24,084 bases of DNA from a virus (taxonomy: Duplodnaviria > Caudoviricetes), in the IMG/VR virus record IMGVR_UViG_3300031627_000680, positions 1-24,084 of that record. The stretch is one strand, 5' to 3'. The notes beneath the pieces were generated by a model, which made no database searches, had not been told where the DNA came from, and saw only the letters and a list, made by a program, of their open reading frames with translations. The translations under genes and the position numbers were made by a program. Positions 1 to 9,199 of the stretch are shown here, one piece after another. How positions within the stretch are numbered: the stretch's first letter is position 1; every line of letters begins with the position of its first letter.

Positions 1-996
1 ATCATTTAAAAATTTATAAGAATAATTTTCCCTAAAAAAATTAATTTGATATTTGGGTTTATTCAATGTATGATATTTTTTTAAAGATCTCCAATATTCA
101 GTATGATCATTTTTAGAAGAAGTGTAAAACAATTCCAAAAAATCATATACATGCCGACACAATCTAACATATGAACGATTAAATATTTCCTCTTTATTTT
201 TTTTATATTTTAATTTTTCAATAGTTTCTATCGCCCATGTTATTAGAAAAAGTCCTGTAGCTTCAAGAGGTTCTGCAAATCCACAACTTAATCCCACAGA
301 TACGGTATTACCCAACCACGGGGTTAAACAATACCTATTATTAAAGGGAATGGCGTGAATGTCTTCGGCTTTAACATTACCTACATTTTTATTTTTAAAT
401 TCTTCAATGGCATCATTTACACTTATAAAATTATTATTAAAAACATACCCATTACCACTCCTTGATCTTAAATCTACATTCCACATCCACCCATAATCCA
501 TAGCGAAAGTGTTTGTTATAGATTGACAATTAGAATCACCGGGTGCGAAGAGCGCCATATTATTAGACAGAGTTTTATAAGAACCAAATTGTTTATTTTT
601 AGAAAAATCACTATTGAAGCCAGTGCAATCTATTACTAAATCAGGATTATCTACTTTACATAATCTGGGACGCGTTATTTCTTCTAAAAGAATAATCATT
701 TTTAACGCATCTAAATGATAAGCATGAGTATTATTGGGAAACGGGTGTACCCAATCAGTTTTATGCCAACCATGATGTTTAATACCATATTTAATTACAC
801 CGTCACACTTATTAATTACATCATCTTCAGATATTCCACAATAATCAAAGAATTTAACTAGTCCGGGTAATGTACTTTCTCCAACACCTATAGGTTTGGA
901 ATTTTTAGGAAGCTTTATTTCAACTTTATTAGTTTGGGATAAATATGCAGCAGCTAACCAACCAGCGCTTCCTCCGCCTAAAATTATTATGTTCAT
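1..996 (-). CDS. Flavin-dependent (tryptophan halogenase family) halogenase, compact paralog; 3' end runs off the window; absent from the ORF track
   Basis: Translated by hand from ATG at 996 (ATGA overlap with the stop at 993-995); open for 332 codons to base 1: MNIIILGGGSAGWLAAAYL...IGVGESTLP...GVIKYGIKHHGW...LVIDCTGF...YGWMWNVDLRSRSGNGYVF...GFAEPLEATGL...EYW. Shows GxGxxG, a PrnA K79-equivalent Lys, WxWx(I/V) and FxEPLE motifs. Confidence 0.9.
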   Translation of the reverse strand, partial: MNIIILGGGSAGWLAAAYLSQTNKVEIKLPKNSKPIGVGESTLPGLVKFFDYCGISEDDVINKCDGVIKYGIKHHGWHKTDWVHPFPNNTHAYHLDALKMIILLEEITRPRLCKVDNPDLVIDCTGFNSDFSKNKQFGSYKTLSNNMALFAPGDSNCQSITNTFAMDYGWMWNVDLRSRSGNGYVFNNNFISVNDAIEEFKNKNVGNVKAEDIHAIPFNNRYCLTPWLGNTVSVGLSCGFAEPLEATGLFLITWAIETIEKLKYKKNKEEIFNRSYVRLCRHVYDFLELFYTSSKNDHTEYWRSLKKYHTLNKPKYQINFFRENYSYKFLND

Positions 997-1469
997 AATT
1001 GATTAAACAAATATAATGTTTCTTTAAATGGAATATATACGGAATGTCCATTTCGTGTTTTTATTTTATCTTTTTGATATTTGATCATATTACCAAAAAA
1101 CCCAATATTCGGGTGCATCATATGTTTCAGCCGGTGTAGGGGGAGATCATCTTTATTTTCGAATGGCCATAAAAGTGTACGATTTAATCTATAAGTATAA
1201 TCTAATGATTCTTTTTCCGCGGCACGCAAATACAAATGCATATCATAGCTAATTAAATCTCTCCAATGCACATGTTCGGTTATCATAAATGCCGCTACTT
1301 GTTCATGTATAGAGTTTGGGATAATATTTGATGTCAGATCATATTCGCGCATATAATCTGCCAATGTTTCTCCGTCCGGTGCAGGACAAACATTCCTATC
1401 AAGATTATTGTGCATACTACATGTCCATGTCTGTAATGTAATAGCAAATTCTTCCATGGTTTTTTTCAT
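993..1469 (-). CDS. Hypothetical protein (~158 aa) between the two halogenases
   Basis: ORF track 993..1487. Start moved to ATG at 1469 (TAATG overlap with the halogenase stop, GGGAG upstream). No recognisable motif. Confidence 0.65.
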   Translation of the reverse strand: MKKTMEEFAITLQTWTCSMHNNLDRNVCPAPDGETLADYMREYDLTSNIIPNSIHEQVAAFMITEHVHWRDLISYDMHLYLRAAEKESLDYTYRLNRTLLWPFENKDDLPLHRLKHMMHPNIGFFGNMIKYQKDKIKTRNGHSVYIPFKETLYLFNQL

Positions 1470-2740
1470 TATCTTCTCCCGAAGCACTCATACCCAACCA
1501 TCATAGAACCAATATTATAGTGATTTAATAAAGTATCATTCTGTTTACAATATCGTTTGTTATTTAATGAACGTTCAAAAAAATCTTGTATATTATTTTC
1601 TTGTTCTGTCCAATATCGCCACCATTCTGAGTCTCTTCTTTCGCTCAATATATAGTGATATTTCACAAATTCTTTAGTATGATTTAAGAATCTGTTCATA
1701 ACCTTATTAAGGGTTTTTATATTTTTCTTTCTTTTAATAACATCAACAAATTTTTCAATAGTGTAACAAGTCATCATTAATGATGTTGCTTCTAATGGTT
1801 CAATAAAACTTTGTGCTAAGCCATTGCTAATACAATTTTTAATTGCAACATCCTTCATTTTCCCGGATATAAAACTTTTCTTCTCTCCTTGTATGCCTGA
1901 TTCTTCCATTGCTTTTTCATGGCTTGTTAAATGGTCACAAAAAACATAGCCTGCATTTGTTCTATCTTGAGTATCTATTTCCCAACGCCAACCATTTTTT
2001 AATGCCGTTGTTTCAGTATAAGGCCTTTTTTTATGTTTATCTAATCTACTAGTAATATATGAATTCGCTATCATATCCTTATAGGGTTCAAAGGAAGTCA
2101 AATTCTTAATCAATATTCTTTTGAATCCAGAACAATCAATAAAATAATCTGCATGTAACGTATGTGATTCTGTTTGAATGGTCTGTATTCCATGTTCATC
2201 AAAATGAACATGTTTCACATCTTCTTTAATTAACCTATATTCATGTGGATGCCAACCGAAATCTTTCTTTAATTCATTTTTACAAGCATGTCCTAATTTA
2301 TCTGCTTGCACTTGAAAACCATAACCAGGAATCGAATTAGTTTGAGGATCTAATAAATTATTATTACATTTATCTAAAAAGTCCCCGTGGAAATTATTAA
2401 ATAAAGTTGAATTAATTTTAGGATGTTTGTTTCTTAGATGTTCGACAGAATCACCAAATTCTTTTACAAATGCGTCTTCAAATAAATGAAACCATTCGCT
2501 GCCTGGTCTTAGCCAGTCTTTAAATTGAATACCATACTTAACAATAGCTTTACTATCTTCTTGCCATGATTTAAGATCTTTTATAACTTTTAAAATAGTA
2601 GGTGTTGTTGATTCCCCAACCGCTATAATTTTATTTTCTTTTTCATGAACAACAGTTAAATTACAATCTAAATTTCTTTTTAAATAATGTGCAGTAATCC
2701 AACCCGCGGAGCCGCCGCCAACTACTATGATTCTAACCAT
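1469..2740 (-). CDS. Flavin-dependent (tryptophan halogenase family) halogenase
   Basis: IVVGGGSAGW, VGESTTP, AIVKYGIQFKDW (catalytic Lys position), FIDCSGF, GWRWEI, GYVF, FIEPLEATSL, HY...RRDSEWW. Confidence 0.92.
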   Translation of the reverse strand: MVRIIVVGGGSAGWITAHYLKRNLDCNLTVVHEKENKIIAVGESTTPTILKVIKDLKSWQEDSKAIVKYGIQFKDWLRPGSEWFHLFEDAFVKEFGDSVEHLRNKHPKINSTLFNNFHGDFLDKCNNNLLDPQTNSIPGYGFQVQADKLGHACKNELKKDFGWHPHEYRLIKEDVKHVHFDEHGIQTIQTESHTLHADYFIDCSGFKRILIKNLTSFEPYKDMIANSYITSRLDKHKKRPYTETTALKNGWRWEIDTQDRTNAGYVFCDHLTSHEKAMEESGIQGEKKSFISGKMKDVAIKNCISNGLAQSFIEPLEATSLMMTCYTIEKFVDVIKRKKNIKTLNKVMNRFLNHTKEFVKYHYILSERRDSEWWRYWTEQENNIQDFFERSLNNKRYCKQNDTLLNHYNIGSMMVGYECFGRR

Positions 2741-3882
2741 GATACCAAATGAGGATGTAAATAATCTTTATAACTTTGTGATCTGGACATATCAAATAAT
2801 TCTATTTCTCTCTTAACTAAATCTTTCTTTTCAACGTTTCGTATTTTATAAGATTGAAGAATTTGTTGATGTTTTCTAGAATCTATAAAGGGCAACTCAT
2901 TTAATAAAGATCTGCTCAAATTCTTAGGGCTGATACCCCTATTATCAGGATATACTTCACAATATGAAATAAAAACTTTTTTAGGTAAGGTACAACACCA
3001 TGACCAATGATTATGAAGATCTAAGATATTTAAAGCAGAAATAACAACAGCAATATTAATTCTACCCAAATTAGTAGAATTATTTAAAAATAAACGAACG
3101 GTTCTATCTAAATCATCAAAACTAGCAGGATGACGTATATAGTCATATCCTTCTTCTATTGAATCTATACTAATTTTTGGAAACTGTTTTTTGAATTGAT
3201 TTAACTTGCCAATTAATTCATCATTAAATAGGGTACCATTAGTATGATACGCTAAGATGGTATCTTTTGCCCAACCTTCTTTAATATATTTATCCAATAA
3301 ATCTATTATTAATGAATCAAAAAATGGTTCGCCACCACTAAATCTTAATTCCTTTACTGGATTATTTAAAAGCCATTTATATTGAATCGAATTTTTTACA
3401 TTTGGTATATTTAATTCTTCTCTAAATTTACCAGCTGTTATATTTTCAATATCTTTAATTAACCCTTGGGATTTGAAAAACTTCCAATCTACCATTAACC
3501 TATGACTTGTTTGTGGATCACACATTCTACAAGCTAAATTACATTTATTAGATAAGGTAAAATCAATTGAATCTAATTGTCCTTTAGGAATTATATCATC
3601 ATTATGAATATAAAAAGGTTCAATATTCCTCTCTTCCATATTCCAACAAGTTTTACAAAAATCATTCTTGCGATTATTATCAAAATCATCTCGCAACAAC
3701 TTAAATTGTTCTGATTCAAATATTTCAGGGGGGGTTAATTTATCTATGTCATGCATTCCCATTGGATCTTCCCATTCCGGGCGAGACATATTACAGCAAG
3801 GATGGGACCACTTTAATTTATCGCCGTCCCAATCTTTTAAGGCAACTTGCTTGTAAGGGTAACTACATAACATTCCAGCCAA
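2725..3882 (-). CDS. Radical SAM protein with N-terminal Cys-rich (SPASM/Twitch-like) region
   Basis: CNLACRMC (CxxxCxxC), FSGGEP, HTNGT, ISIDS...YDYIR; extra N-terminal cysteines C6, PCC, CKTC. Confidence 0.9.
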   Translation of the reverse strand: MAGMLCSYPYKQVALKDWDGDKLKWSHPCCNMSRPEWEDPMGMHDIDKLTPPEIFESEQFKLLRDDFDNNRKNDFCKTCWNMEERNIEPFYIHNDDIIPKGQLDSIDFTLSNKCNLACRMCDPQTSHRLMVDWKFFKSQGLIKDIENITAGKFREELNIPNVKNSIQYKWLLNNPVKELRFSGGEPFFDSLIIDLLDKYIKEGWAKDTILAYHTNGTLFNDELIGKLNQFKKQFPKISIDSIEEGYDYIRHPASFDDLDRTVRLFLNNSTNLGRINIAVVISALNILDLHNHWSWCCTLPKKVFISYCEVYPDNRGISPKNLSRSLLNELPFIDSRKHQQILQSYKIRNVEKKDLVKREIELFDMSRSQSYKDYLHPHLVSWLES

Positions 3883-4627
3883 GTGCTTTTAATGGAGCAG
3901 AATCAGCACAAGTTTCTTCTGACTCACCGGTTACATTTTTAAACGGTAATGCATCAATATCAAATTCTTCTGGTCCTTGTGCTTTTGCAAAATCATATAC
4001 AGACATTGGGCTTCCATACCCAATCTCATAAACTGGTAGTTTCTTTTTCCAAACTTTAAAATTTTCCATTAATAATTTAATAGCATTACAAACATCATCT
4101 ACATGACACCAATCTCTAGTATGTGTTGTTAGATATCCTATTTCTTTTTGTTGGAGTTGTCTATAAAACATATCAGGACGTGAGCGCTCACCCCATACTG
4201 TAAAGAATCTCATTCCTATAGCATTATTAGGAGCCATGGCTTCACCGGCAGCTTTTGTCATTGCATAAGGGCTTTTCATATCTTTAACGGAAGAACTTGA
4301 TGCATATAATATTTTAGAATTTTTATAATGATTAAAGATACGTGCTGTACCTTTTATATTCGTATCACAATAATCTTTTAAATATTTTTCTTGCCAACTT
4401 TTACGAACACCAGCTTTTGCAGCTAGATGAATAACATATTCTGCATTTGAAAATGGTAAGGGATCTTTAGTAATATCGCAATGAGAATGAGGGACTTCCC
4501 TGTCTTCCCAGCCTAACCCGGAACAGTCGTCTATACCTTTAACATTGTAGCCTTCGTCCATTAATGAGTCATATAAATGATGACCAATGAATCCTTTAAC
4601 GCCCGTTATCAGGACTTGGTTTTTCAC
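3863..4627 (-). CDS. NAD-dependent nucleotide-sugar epimerase/dehydratase (extended SDR, UDP-glucuronate 4-epimerase-like)
   Basis: LITGVKGFIG (GxxGxxG), HLAAKAGVRKS, YASSSSV, SPYAMTK (YxxxK), RFFTVWG, RPDM, TRDW. Start proposed at GTG 4627 (GTGA overlap with the upstream stop, AAGGA 6 nt upstream); ORF track start is 4663. Confidence 0.88.
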   Translation of the reverse strand: MKNQVLITGVKGFIGHHLYDSLMDEGYNVKGIDDCSGLGWEDREVPHSHCDITKDPLPFSNAEYVIHLAAKAGVRKSWQEKYLKDYCDTNIKGTARIFNHYKNSKILYASSSSVKDMKSPYAMTKAAGEAMAPNNAIGMRFFTVWGERSRPDMFYRQLQQKEIGYLTTHTRDWCHVDDVCNAIKLLMENFKVWKKKLPVYEIGYGSPMSVYDFAKAQGPEEFDIDALPFKNVTGESEETCADSAPLKALGWNVM

Positions 4628-5268
4628 TTCCATTCCTTCAATGTCGTTTCCAAGAGTTTCCAATAATCCGGAGTCTTTTCTTCGAAAACTTGTGGCTCCT
4701 CATTCTCAACTGCCATAACTATTACAATACTATTTATAGGTATTCCTGTTCTTTCTTCAAACATTATAGAATACGCTGTTGCTTGTAAAAAATAATCTTC
4801 AACCCATGCTTTCTTTTTTATTTTACCAGAAGTTTTCCAATCCAATATTGCTTTCTCCCCCTTCCAGTCACCAACACAATCACAGCGACCGGCAATTCCT
4901 AATTGTTTGGACCAGAGAGGTATTTCAATACCAGCAATATTATTAAGATGGGAATCTATAAAGGGTTTGATAGTATTAAACATAGAACGAACATTAGGTA
5001 AACTTTTTCCAAAGTAATCAGTATCGTTAGCAATATATTTTTCCACTACCGTATGCATGCTCGTGCCTCGACGAGTTGCTTGTGTAGTTATTTTATTTGC
5101 TTCTTCTTCACCAATTCTTTGCCTCCATTCTTTAAAGAATTGCGCTTTTTTACGGCCCAAGACTGTTGTAATAGAAGGAAAGTTACCATCAGGTGTTTGA
5201 TATACCCTTTGGCCGTTTATATTAGTTGTTTCTAATTCTTCAAAATCTAACTCAACATGATTAAACAT
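4624..5268 (-). CDS. PD-(D/E)xK exonuclease of T4-like phages
   Basis: FPSITTVL, WRQRIGEEEA, RGTSMH, E...AGRCDC...ILDWKTS, YFLQATAY. Confidence 0.88.
   Translation of the reverse strand: MFNHVELDFEELETTNINGQRVYQTPDGNFPSITTVLGRKKAQFFKEWRQRIGEEEANKITTQATRRGTSMHTVVEKYIANDTDYFGKSLPNVRSMFNTIKPFIDSHLNNIAGIEIPLWSKQLGIAGRCDCVGDWKGEKAILDWKTSGKIKKKAWVEDYFLQATAYSIMFEERTGIPINSIVIVMAVENEEPQVFEEKTPDYWKLLETTLKEWK
4731..4738 (-). promoter_or_regulatory. T4-type late promoter candidate TATAAATA
   Basis: Exact T4 gp55 consensus inside the 3' part of the exonuclease gene, ~105 nt upstream of the epimerase start. Confidence 0.55.
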
Positions 5269-5539
5269 TCATATTACTTCCCGGATAATTCCTTTTCATT
5301 TGTTTCAAGTGATCTGTAAAGGCTTCATCTGGTTTCTTCTTATGACCCTTTATAGTCGTGCCTGAAATATTATCATAAACAAATCCGGCTCGTTGAGCGT
5401 TCATTTGTACCGTGTCCTTGTTACATAAGGGACACGGCTCTTTTGCTGGTATATGTCGATCTACTATCTTATGCGACTCCTCAAACTCGTGGCCGCACTC
5501 TTCATTTTTACAAATATAATCATAACTTGGCATAATCAC
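5261..5539 (-). CDS. FmdB-family zinc-ribbon protein
   Basis: MPSYDYIC...CGHEFE...CPLC. Confidence 0.8.
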   Translation of the reverse strand: MIMPSYDYICKNEECGHEFEESHKIVDRHIPAKEPCPLCNKDTVQMNAQRAGFVYDNISGTTIKGHKKKPDEAFTDHLKQMKRNYPGSNMNV

Positions 5540-6171
5540 CTATAAAAAATATGTCTATCAATTTTAACTGTAATTTTTTTGTATTTAGACCACCTTGGAT
5601 TATCAATATAATCCGCATGGTAATGAGTAGCACCATCTGTTATGTCTCTTAAATGATCTCTTTCGTTGCTTTGATAAAACCATTTTGCTAAGCCTTGAAT
5701 ATGGGCCCAATTTTTTCCTGGATATGGTACATCATGTTTACCATCACAATACCAAGAAAATTGACACCGATCTCTCTTAGGAAAACCAGTATGATGCAAT
5801 GCTGCTTCATGAATTACCTTACAATAGGAATTTGGAAAATTTTTATCCACTACTCTATTGTGTGTAACAAAAGCTACTGCTAATTTGCCAGCAGTACTTT
5901 CAATCGCTGCTTCAAAATATATATTATGTGCTAAACAAGATATTTCATCTTGTGGATATATTCTTTCTTTTTGTTTCCAGGATGTTTGTCGCGATTCTAG
6001 ATTAATATTTGGTGATTCTAGATGTTGTTTTAATGTAATATTTTCTACCCGCGGTTTTAATAGTACTTGCGTAGTGCTTACTTTAGCATCCGCAATTTGA
6101 TGAACTATTTTTACTGGATACATTACCATTACTATAGCGATAGCAATAGATAACGTTAATAACTTAAACAT
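5536..6171 (-). CDS. SleB/Hydrolase_2-family cell wall hydrolase with N-terminal membrane anchor
   Basis: CLAHNIYFEA (catalytic Glu), AVAFVTHNRV, CQFSWYCDGK, DITDGATHYHA, IDRHIFY; hydrophobic N-terminus. Confidence 0.9.
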   Translation of the reverse strand: MFKLLTLSIAIAIVMVMYPVKIVHQIADAKVSTTQVLLKPRVENITLKQHLESPNINLESRQTSWKQKERIYPQDEISCLAHNIYFEAAIESTAGKLAVAFVTHNRVVDKNFPNSYCKVIHEAALHHTGFPKRDRCQFSWYCDGKHDVPYPGKNWAHIQGLAKWFYQSNERDHLRDITDGATHYHADYIDNPRWSKYKKITVKIDRHIFYR

Positions 6172-6219
6172 ATGTTTACTCCGAAATGTTTGTCACACTT
6201 CTCATGTATATAAGTGATA

Positions 6220-6681
6220 CTACTTTGTTTTTTTCTTTTCCGATACCGGCAATGGAGGGATGAGATGAGGAAATGTTTCCTGTACTAGTCGATATGTAAG
6301 CCCACTGATGCCTAAATCTTTATTTTTTACGCCTAGTATCATCTTGGCCTCTCGTGGTGTTACGCTTTCTAACATAGTAATAAACATTACTTCTCGTCTG
6401 CTGGGGTCTATATTTGCACCTGCACAAAAATCAGTTCCGCCCGGGCCCTCTACAAAATACCTAAATTTACGGATTTGTCCGTAAAGCATTGTTGATCTTG
6501 GGTCTTCTGCTTGAGCTATAAACGGTGGATCACTTTCAGGTAATAAAAACTTTACATCCGGATGGAATGTATACCATAACATATTTTCCAAATGATCTGT
6601 TTTATTTTGTGTAAGTAATTCCCCTCTCTCCTTCTGACTTTTTGCTTTATCAATCGCGTTAAACAATTCTATAAGTGTCAT
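6220..6681 (-). CDS. Conserved hypothetical protein of T4-like phages (downstream of RNase H)
   Basis: 153 aa; pattern FLLPESDPPF...RREVMFITMLESV..REA resembles, from memory, a marine T4-like hypothetical family. Confidence 0.7.
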   Translation of the reverse strand: MTLIELFNAIDKAKSQKERGELLTQNKTDHLENMLWYTFHPDVKFLLPESDPPFIAQAEDPRSTMLYGQIRKFRYFVEGPGGTDFCAGANIDPSRREVMFITMLESVTPREAKMILGVKNKDLGISGLTYRLVQETFPHLIPPLPVSEKKKTK

Positions 6682-6684
6682 AAT

Positions 6685-7536
6685 CTAAAACTCCTGAATG
6701 GATTCTGTCAATTCTTTAAGTCTATGCTTAATAAAATAATTAAGCATTTTATCACGGCCGGCATACTGATCGCTTTCGTACCGTGTTAGTATATTTATCT
6801 GAATTGGATCTGGTATACGTGCTAAATCTATTAAAATTTCATTCCTTTTATAGTTACGTAAAACCTCACCTTCAAACAATTCTTCTGGTTTTCCACTTAA
6901 CCAACTCTCAATTTTTTTCTTTGAAACTGGTTTTTGTCGCAAACCCTCAACTAAACAATTGTCATTTGACAATATATTAGGTATTCCATCACTCCGGTCG
7001 CCAGTGACAATCAAAGTCCTCAATTGTTCTTCTGGTTTTTCATTTTTTATAAATTTCTTTGACAAAGGTGACCATTGTGAAATATTTTTATATTTCTGTA
7101 GCTGAATAAAATCTTTATCTGAAGAAACAATCAAAATTGGTTCTGAATTATAATTTTTACAAATAACACCTATAATATCATCTGCTTCACAACCTTCTAT
7201 ATTGACAACTTTATAAGGCAAATGTTCTTTTATTTCACTACGAATAGTATCAATAACCTCAAATAAAGATTTCCAATCTATATTCTGTTTATTTTCTTCT
7301 CTAGCCTTTTTACGATTAGCTTTATATAATGGAAAATAATCTTTTCTCCAATTACCTTTATTATCGCAACAAAAAACCATATCTGTTCCGTATTTGTCAC
7401 AAAATCGATTACGAATCATCTTAATGTTATTCATAACCATGTGACGAATCATCTCACTTTCTTTATCAGGATCATATTGCTTTCGATATACCATAAAATT
7501 AGCAATTATCATCTGGTTGTAGTCAACTAATATCAT
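6685..7536 (-). CDS. rnh: T4-type RNase H (5'-3' exonuclease)
   Basis: MILVDYNQ, WRKDYFPLYKANRKK, EADDIIG, IVSSDKDFIQL, GDRSDGIPNILS, NYKRNEILIDL. Confidence 0.95.
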   Translation of the reverse strand: MILVDYNQMIIANFMVYRKQYDPDKESEMIRHMVMNNIKMIRNRFCDKYGTDMVFCCDNKGNWRKDYFPLYKANRKKAREENKQNIDWKSLFEVIDTIRSEIKEHLPYKVVNIEGCEADDIIGVICKNYNSEPILIVSSDKDFIQLQKYKNISQWSPLSKKFIKNEKPEEQLRTLIVTGDRSDGIPNILSNDNCLVEGLRQKPVSKKKIESWLSGKPEELFEGEVLRNYKRNEILIDLARIPDPIQINILTRYESDQYAGRDKMLNYFIKHRLKELTESIQEF

Positions 7537-8318
7537 TTTTTCTTTTTCTTTTTATTTTTATTCCTTCTATACCAATTTAATTTAACGGGTTTGTCTTTTT
7601 CCTTTCTCACTGTTTGAATATTATCACATTCTTCTATTAAAGTATCATAAAATTTAATTAATTTATTTTTAATAATTCCATTTAAATGACTATATGCTTC
7701 TTTAAGGTCTGGATCTGTTTTGGATAATCTTATTTCATCTGCCAATTCATTAATCTCTGTTTTTAAATGCTTAGCAACCGGTTTGGAAATTTTATTTTGT
7801 TTTATAAAAGATTTAAAATTAAACTTAATTTTAAAATCATTCTCAAGTTGTTCATCTACAATTTCTTCTATATCATAACGTATGTTTTTTGCCAAGATGC
7901 GCATTCTTTCTTGAATATTTGGCTTTACCTTTTCAGCTTGGGCTTCTTTCTGTTCATGTTGCCTCTTTTCCGCAATTGATTCAATCTTTTTTAATTTTTC
8001 AATGAAGAGTTCTTCAAACTTTTCAGGTAAAAATCCACAACCCCTTGTTTTTAATCGTGCAATATAACCAACATGCATTCCCACTTCCATTAAGTCTACT
8101 GGTTTAATCTTTTTAGGTGAATTTGTCTTAACCTTATTTATTTTATAGTATTCAGAAACAAATTCCATACATTCTTTAAAATCATAAAACTTATAATACC
8201 ATCTAAATGCATTATAGCATTCTTCTGTTAATTGCTCTTCAGTTAAACCATCCCAATCATTCGGGTCTGGTTCTAAACCCATGTGCTGAGCTTCAAGTGA
8301 TCTTTTTTGAAATGCCAT
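7533..8318 (-). CDS. Hypothetical protein, helical, Lys-rich C-terminus
   Basis: 261 aa ORF with ATGA overlap into rnh; KPNIQERM and DLKEAYSHL segments resemble a T4-like conserved hypothetical. Confidence 0.7.
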   Translation of the reverse strand: MAFQKRSLEAQHMGLEPDPNDWDGLTEEQLTEECYNAFRWYYKFYDFKECMEFVSEYYKINKVKTNSPKKIKPVDLMEVGMHVGYIARLKTRGCGFLPEKFEELFIEKLKKIESIAEKRQHEQKEAQAEKVKPNIQERMRILAKNIRYDIEEIVDEQLENDFKIKFNFKSFIKQNKISKPVAKHLKTEINELADEIRLSKTDPDLKEAYSHLNGIIKNKLIKFYDTLIEECDNIQTVRKEKDKPVKLNWYRRNKNKKKKKK

Positions 8319-8319
8319 T

Positions 8320-8637
8320 TTAACTTGCCTCCGGGGGATCTGGAGTTACTTTATCAAAAATTTCTTGTGCTATTTTATCAAAAACTTCATAAGAAACAGG
8401 TTCCCAGTTTGCCTCTTCTCCATATTCAAAACATAATACTTTACCATCATGTGCTTGTGCTAATATCATTTGTGTTTGACCAAATAAACTTGGAATACTT
8501 TGTGCAATAATATGTACAAATAACGGCAAGTCTTTATGTTTATAAAATTCATTCAATCTCAGAGGAATATGTGTTTCCGAAGTTGATTTTTTAAGATCCC
8601 GATTCTTTTTATATTCTGATAGATCTATTACTTTCAT
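8320..8637 (-). CDS. Hypothetical protein
   Basis: 105 aa ORF that fills the gap in the operon; begins MKVIDLSEYKK. Confidence 0.65.
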   Translation of the reverse strand: MKVIDLSEYKKNRDLKKSTSETHIPLRLNEFYKHKDLPLFVHIIAQSIPSLFGQTQMILAQAHDGKVLCFEYGEEANWEPVSYEVFDKIAQEIFDKVTPDPPEAS

Positions 8638-9199
8638 ATCTTGATTTTAATTCACACATTATATAATGTAATATAACAGACATCACAGCTTCGCATGTTT
8701 CCATATGATTATAGTTAATATGTATATACTTTTGGAGTTTTGCCTTTAAAATACCGCCGGCATACCCCAAAATACCGTAAGTATTAATCCCATTAGATTT
8801 AGCATAATCAACAGCTCTAACGACATTTTCTGAATTACCGCTACCACTTAAAACGAATAAAGAATCACCATGATTAGCATATATTATGAGTTGATTCACA
8901 AATATGTTATCATAGCAATCATCGTTAGATGTAGCAGTAATGAAGCCAATGTCATTACAAAGAGAAATAGCCCTAATCCTAGGTTTTGAACTTCCATTTT
9001 CAATAACCCCTTTTGATAAGTCCTGTGCGAAATGGCTAGCATTTAATGCACTACCGCCATTACCACATATAAAAAATTGTTTTTGAGAATCATATGTTTC
9101 CCAAATACCTTCTATCAAATTATTAATATGGTCTTGTCGTACTGAAGACAATACCTCTTTAATCTCAACTGCATGTTGATACCACTGTTTATTTCTCAT
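8609..9199 (-). CDS. gmhA: Phosphoheptose (sedoheptulose-7-phosphate) isomerase-like SIS protein
   Basis: FICGNGGSALNASHFAQDL, TATSND, IFVNQL, GDSLFVLSGSGNSENVVRA, C-terminal E...H metal ligands. Confidence 0.88.
   Translation of the reverse strand: MRNKQWYQHAVEIKEVLSSVRQDHINNLIEGIWETYDSQKQFFICGNGGSALNASHFAQDLSKGVIENGSSKPRIRAISLCNDIGFITATSNDDCYDNIFVNQLIIYANHGDSLFVLSGSGNSENVVRAVDYAKSNGINTYGILGYAGGILKAKLQKYIHINYNHMETCEAVMSVILHYIMCELKSRYESNRSIRI

Noticed and set aside
4624-5268. Cas4 or CRISPR-associated nuclease
   Set aside because: No four-Cys Fe-S motif, and no repeat-spacer array or other cas gene in the window; it is an ordinary T4-like exonuclease.
6172-6219. Possible hairpin or promoter upstream of the SleB-like gene (CACTT/AAGTG, TATATACA)
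   Set aside because: Only a 5-bp stem and two mismatches to the late consensus; too weak to call.
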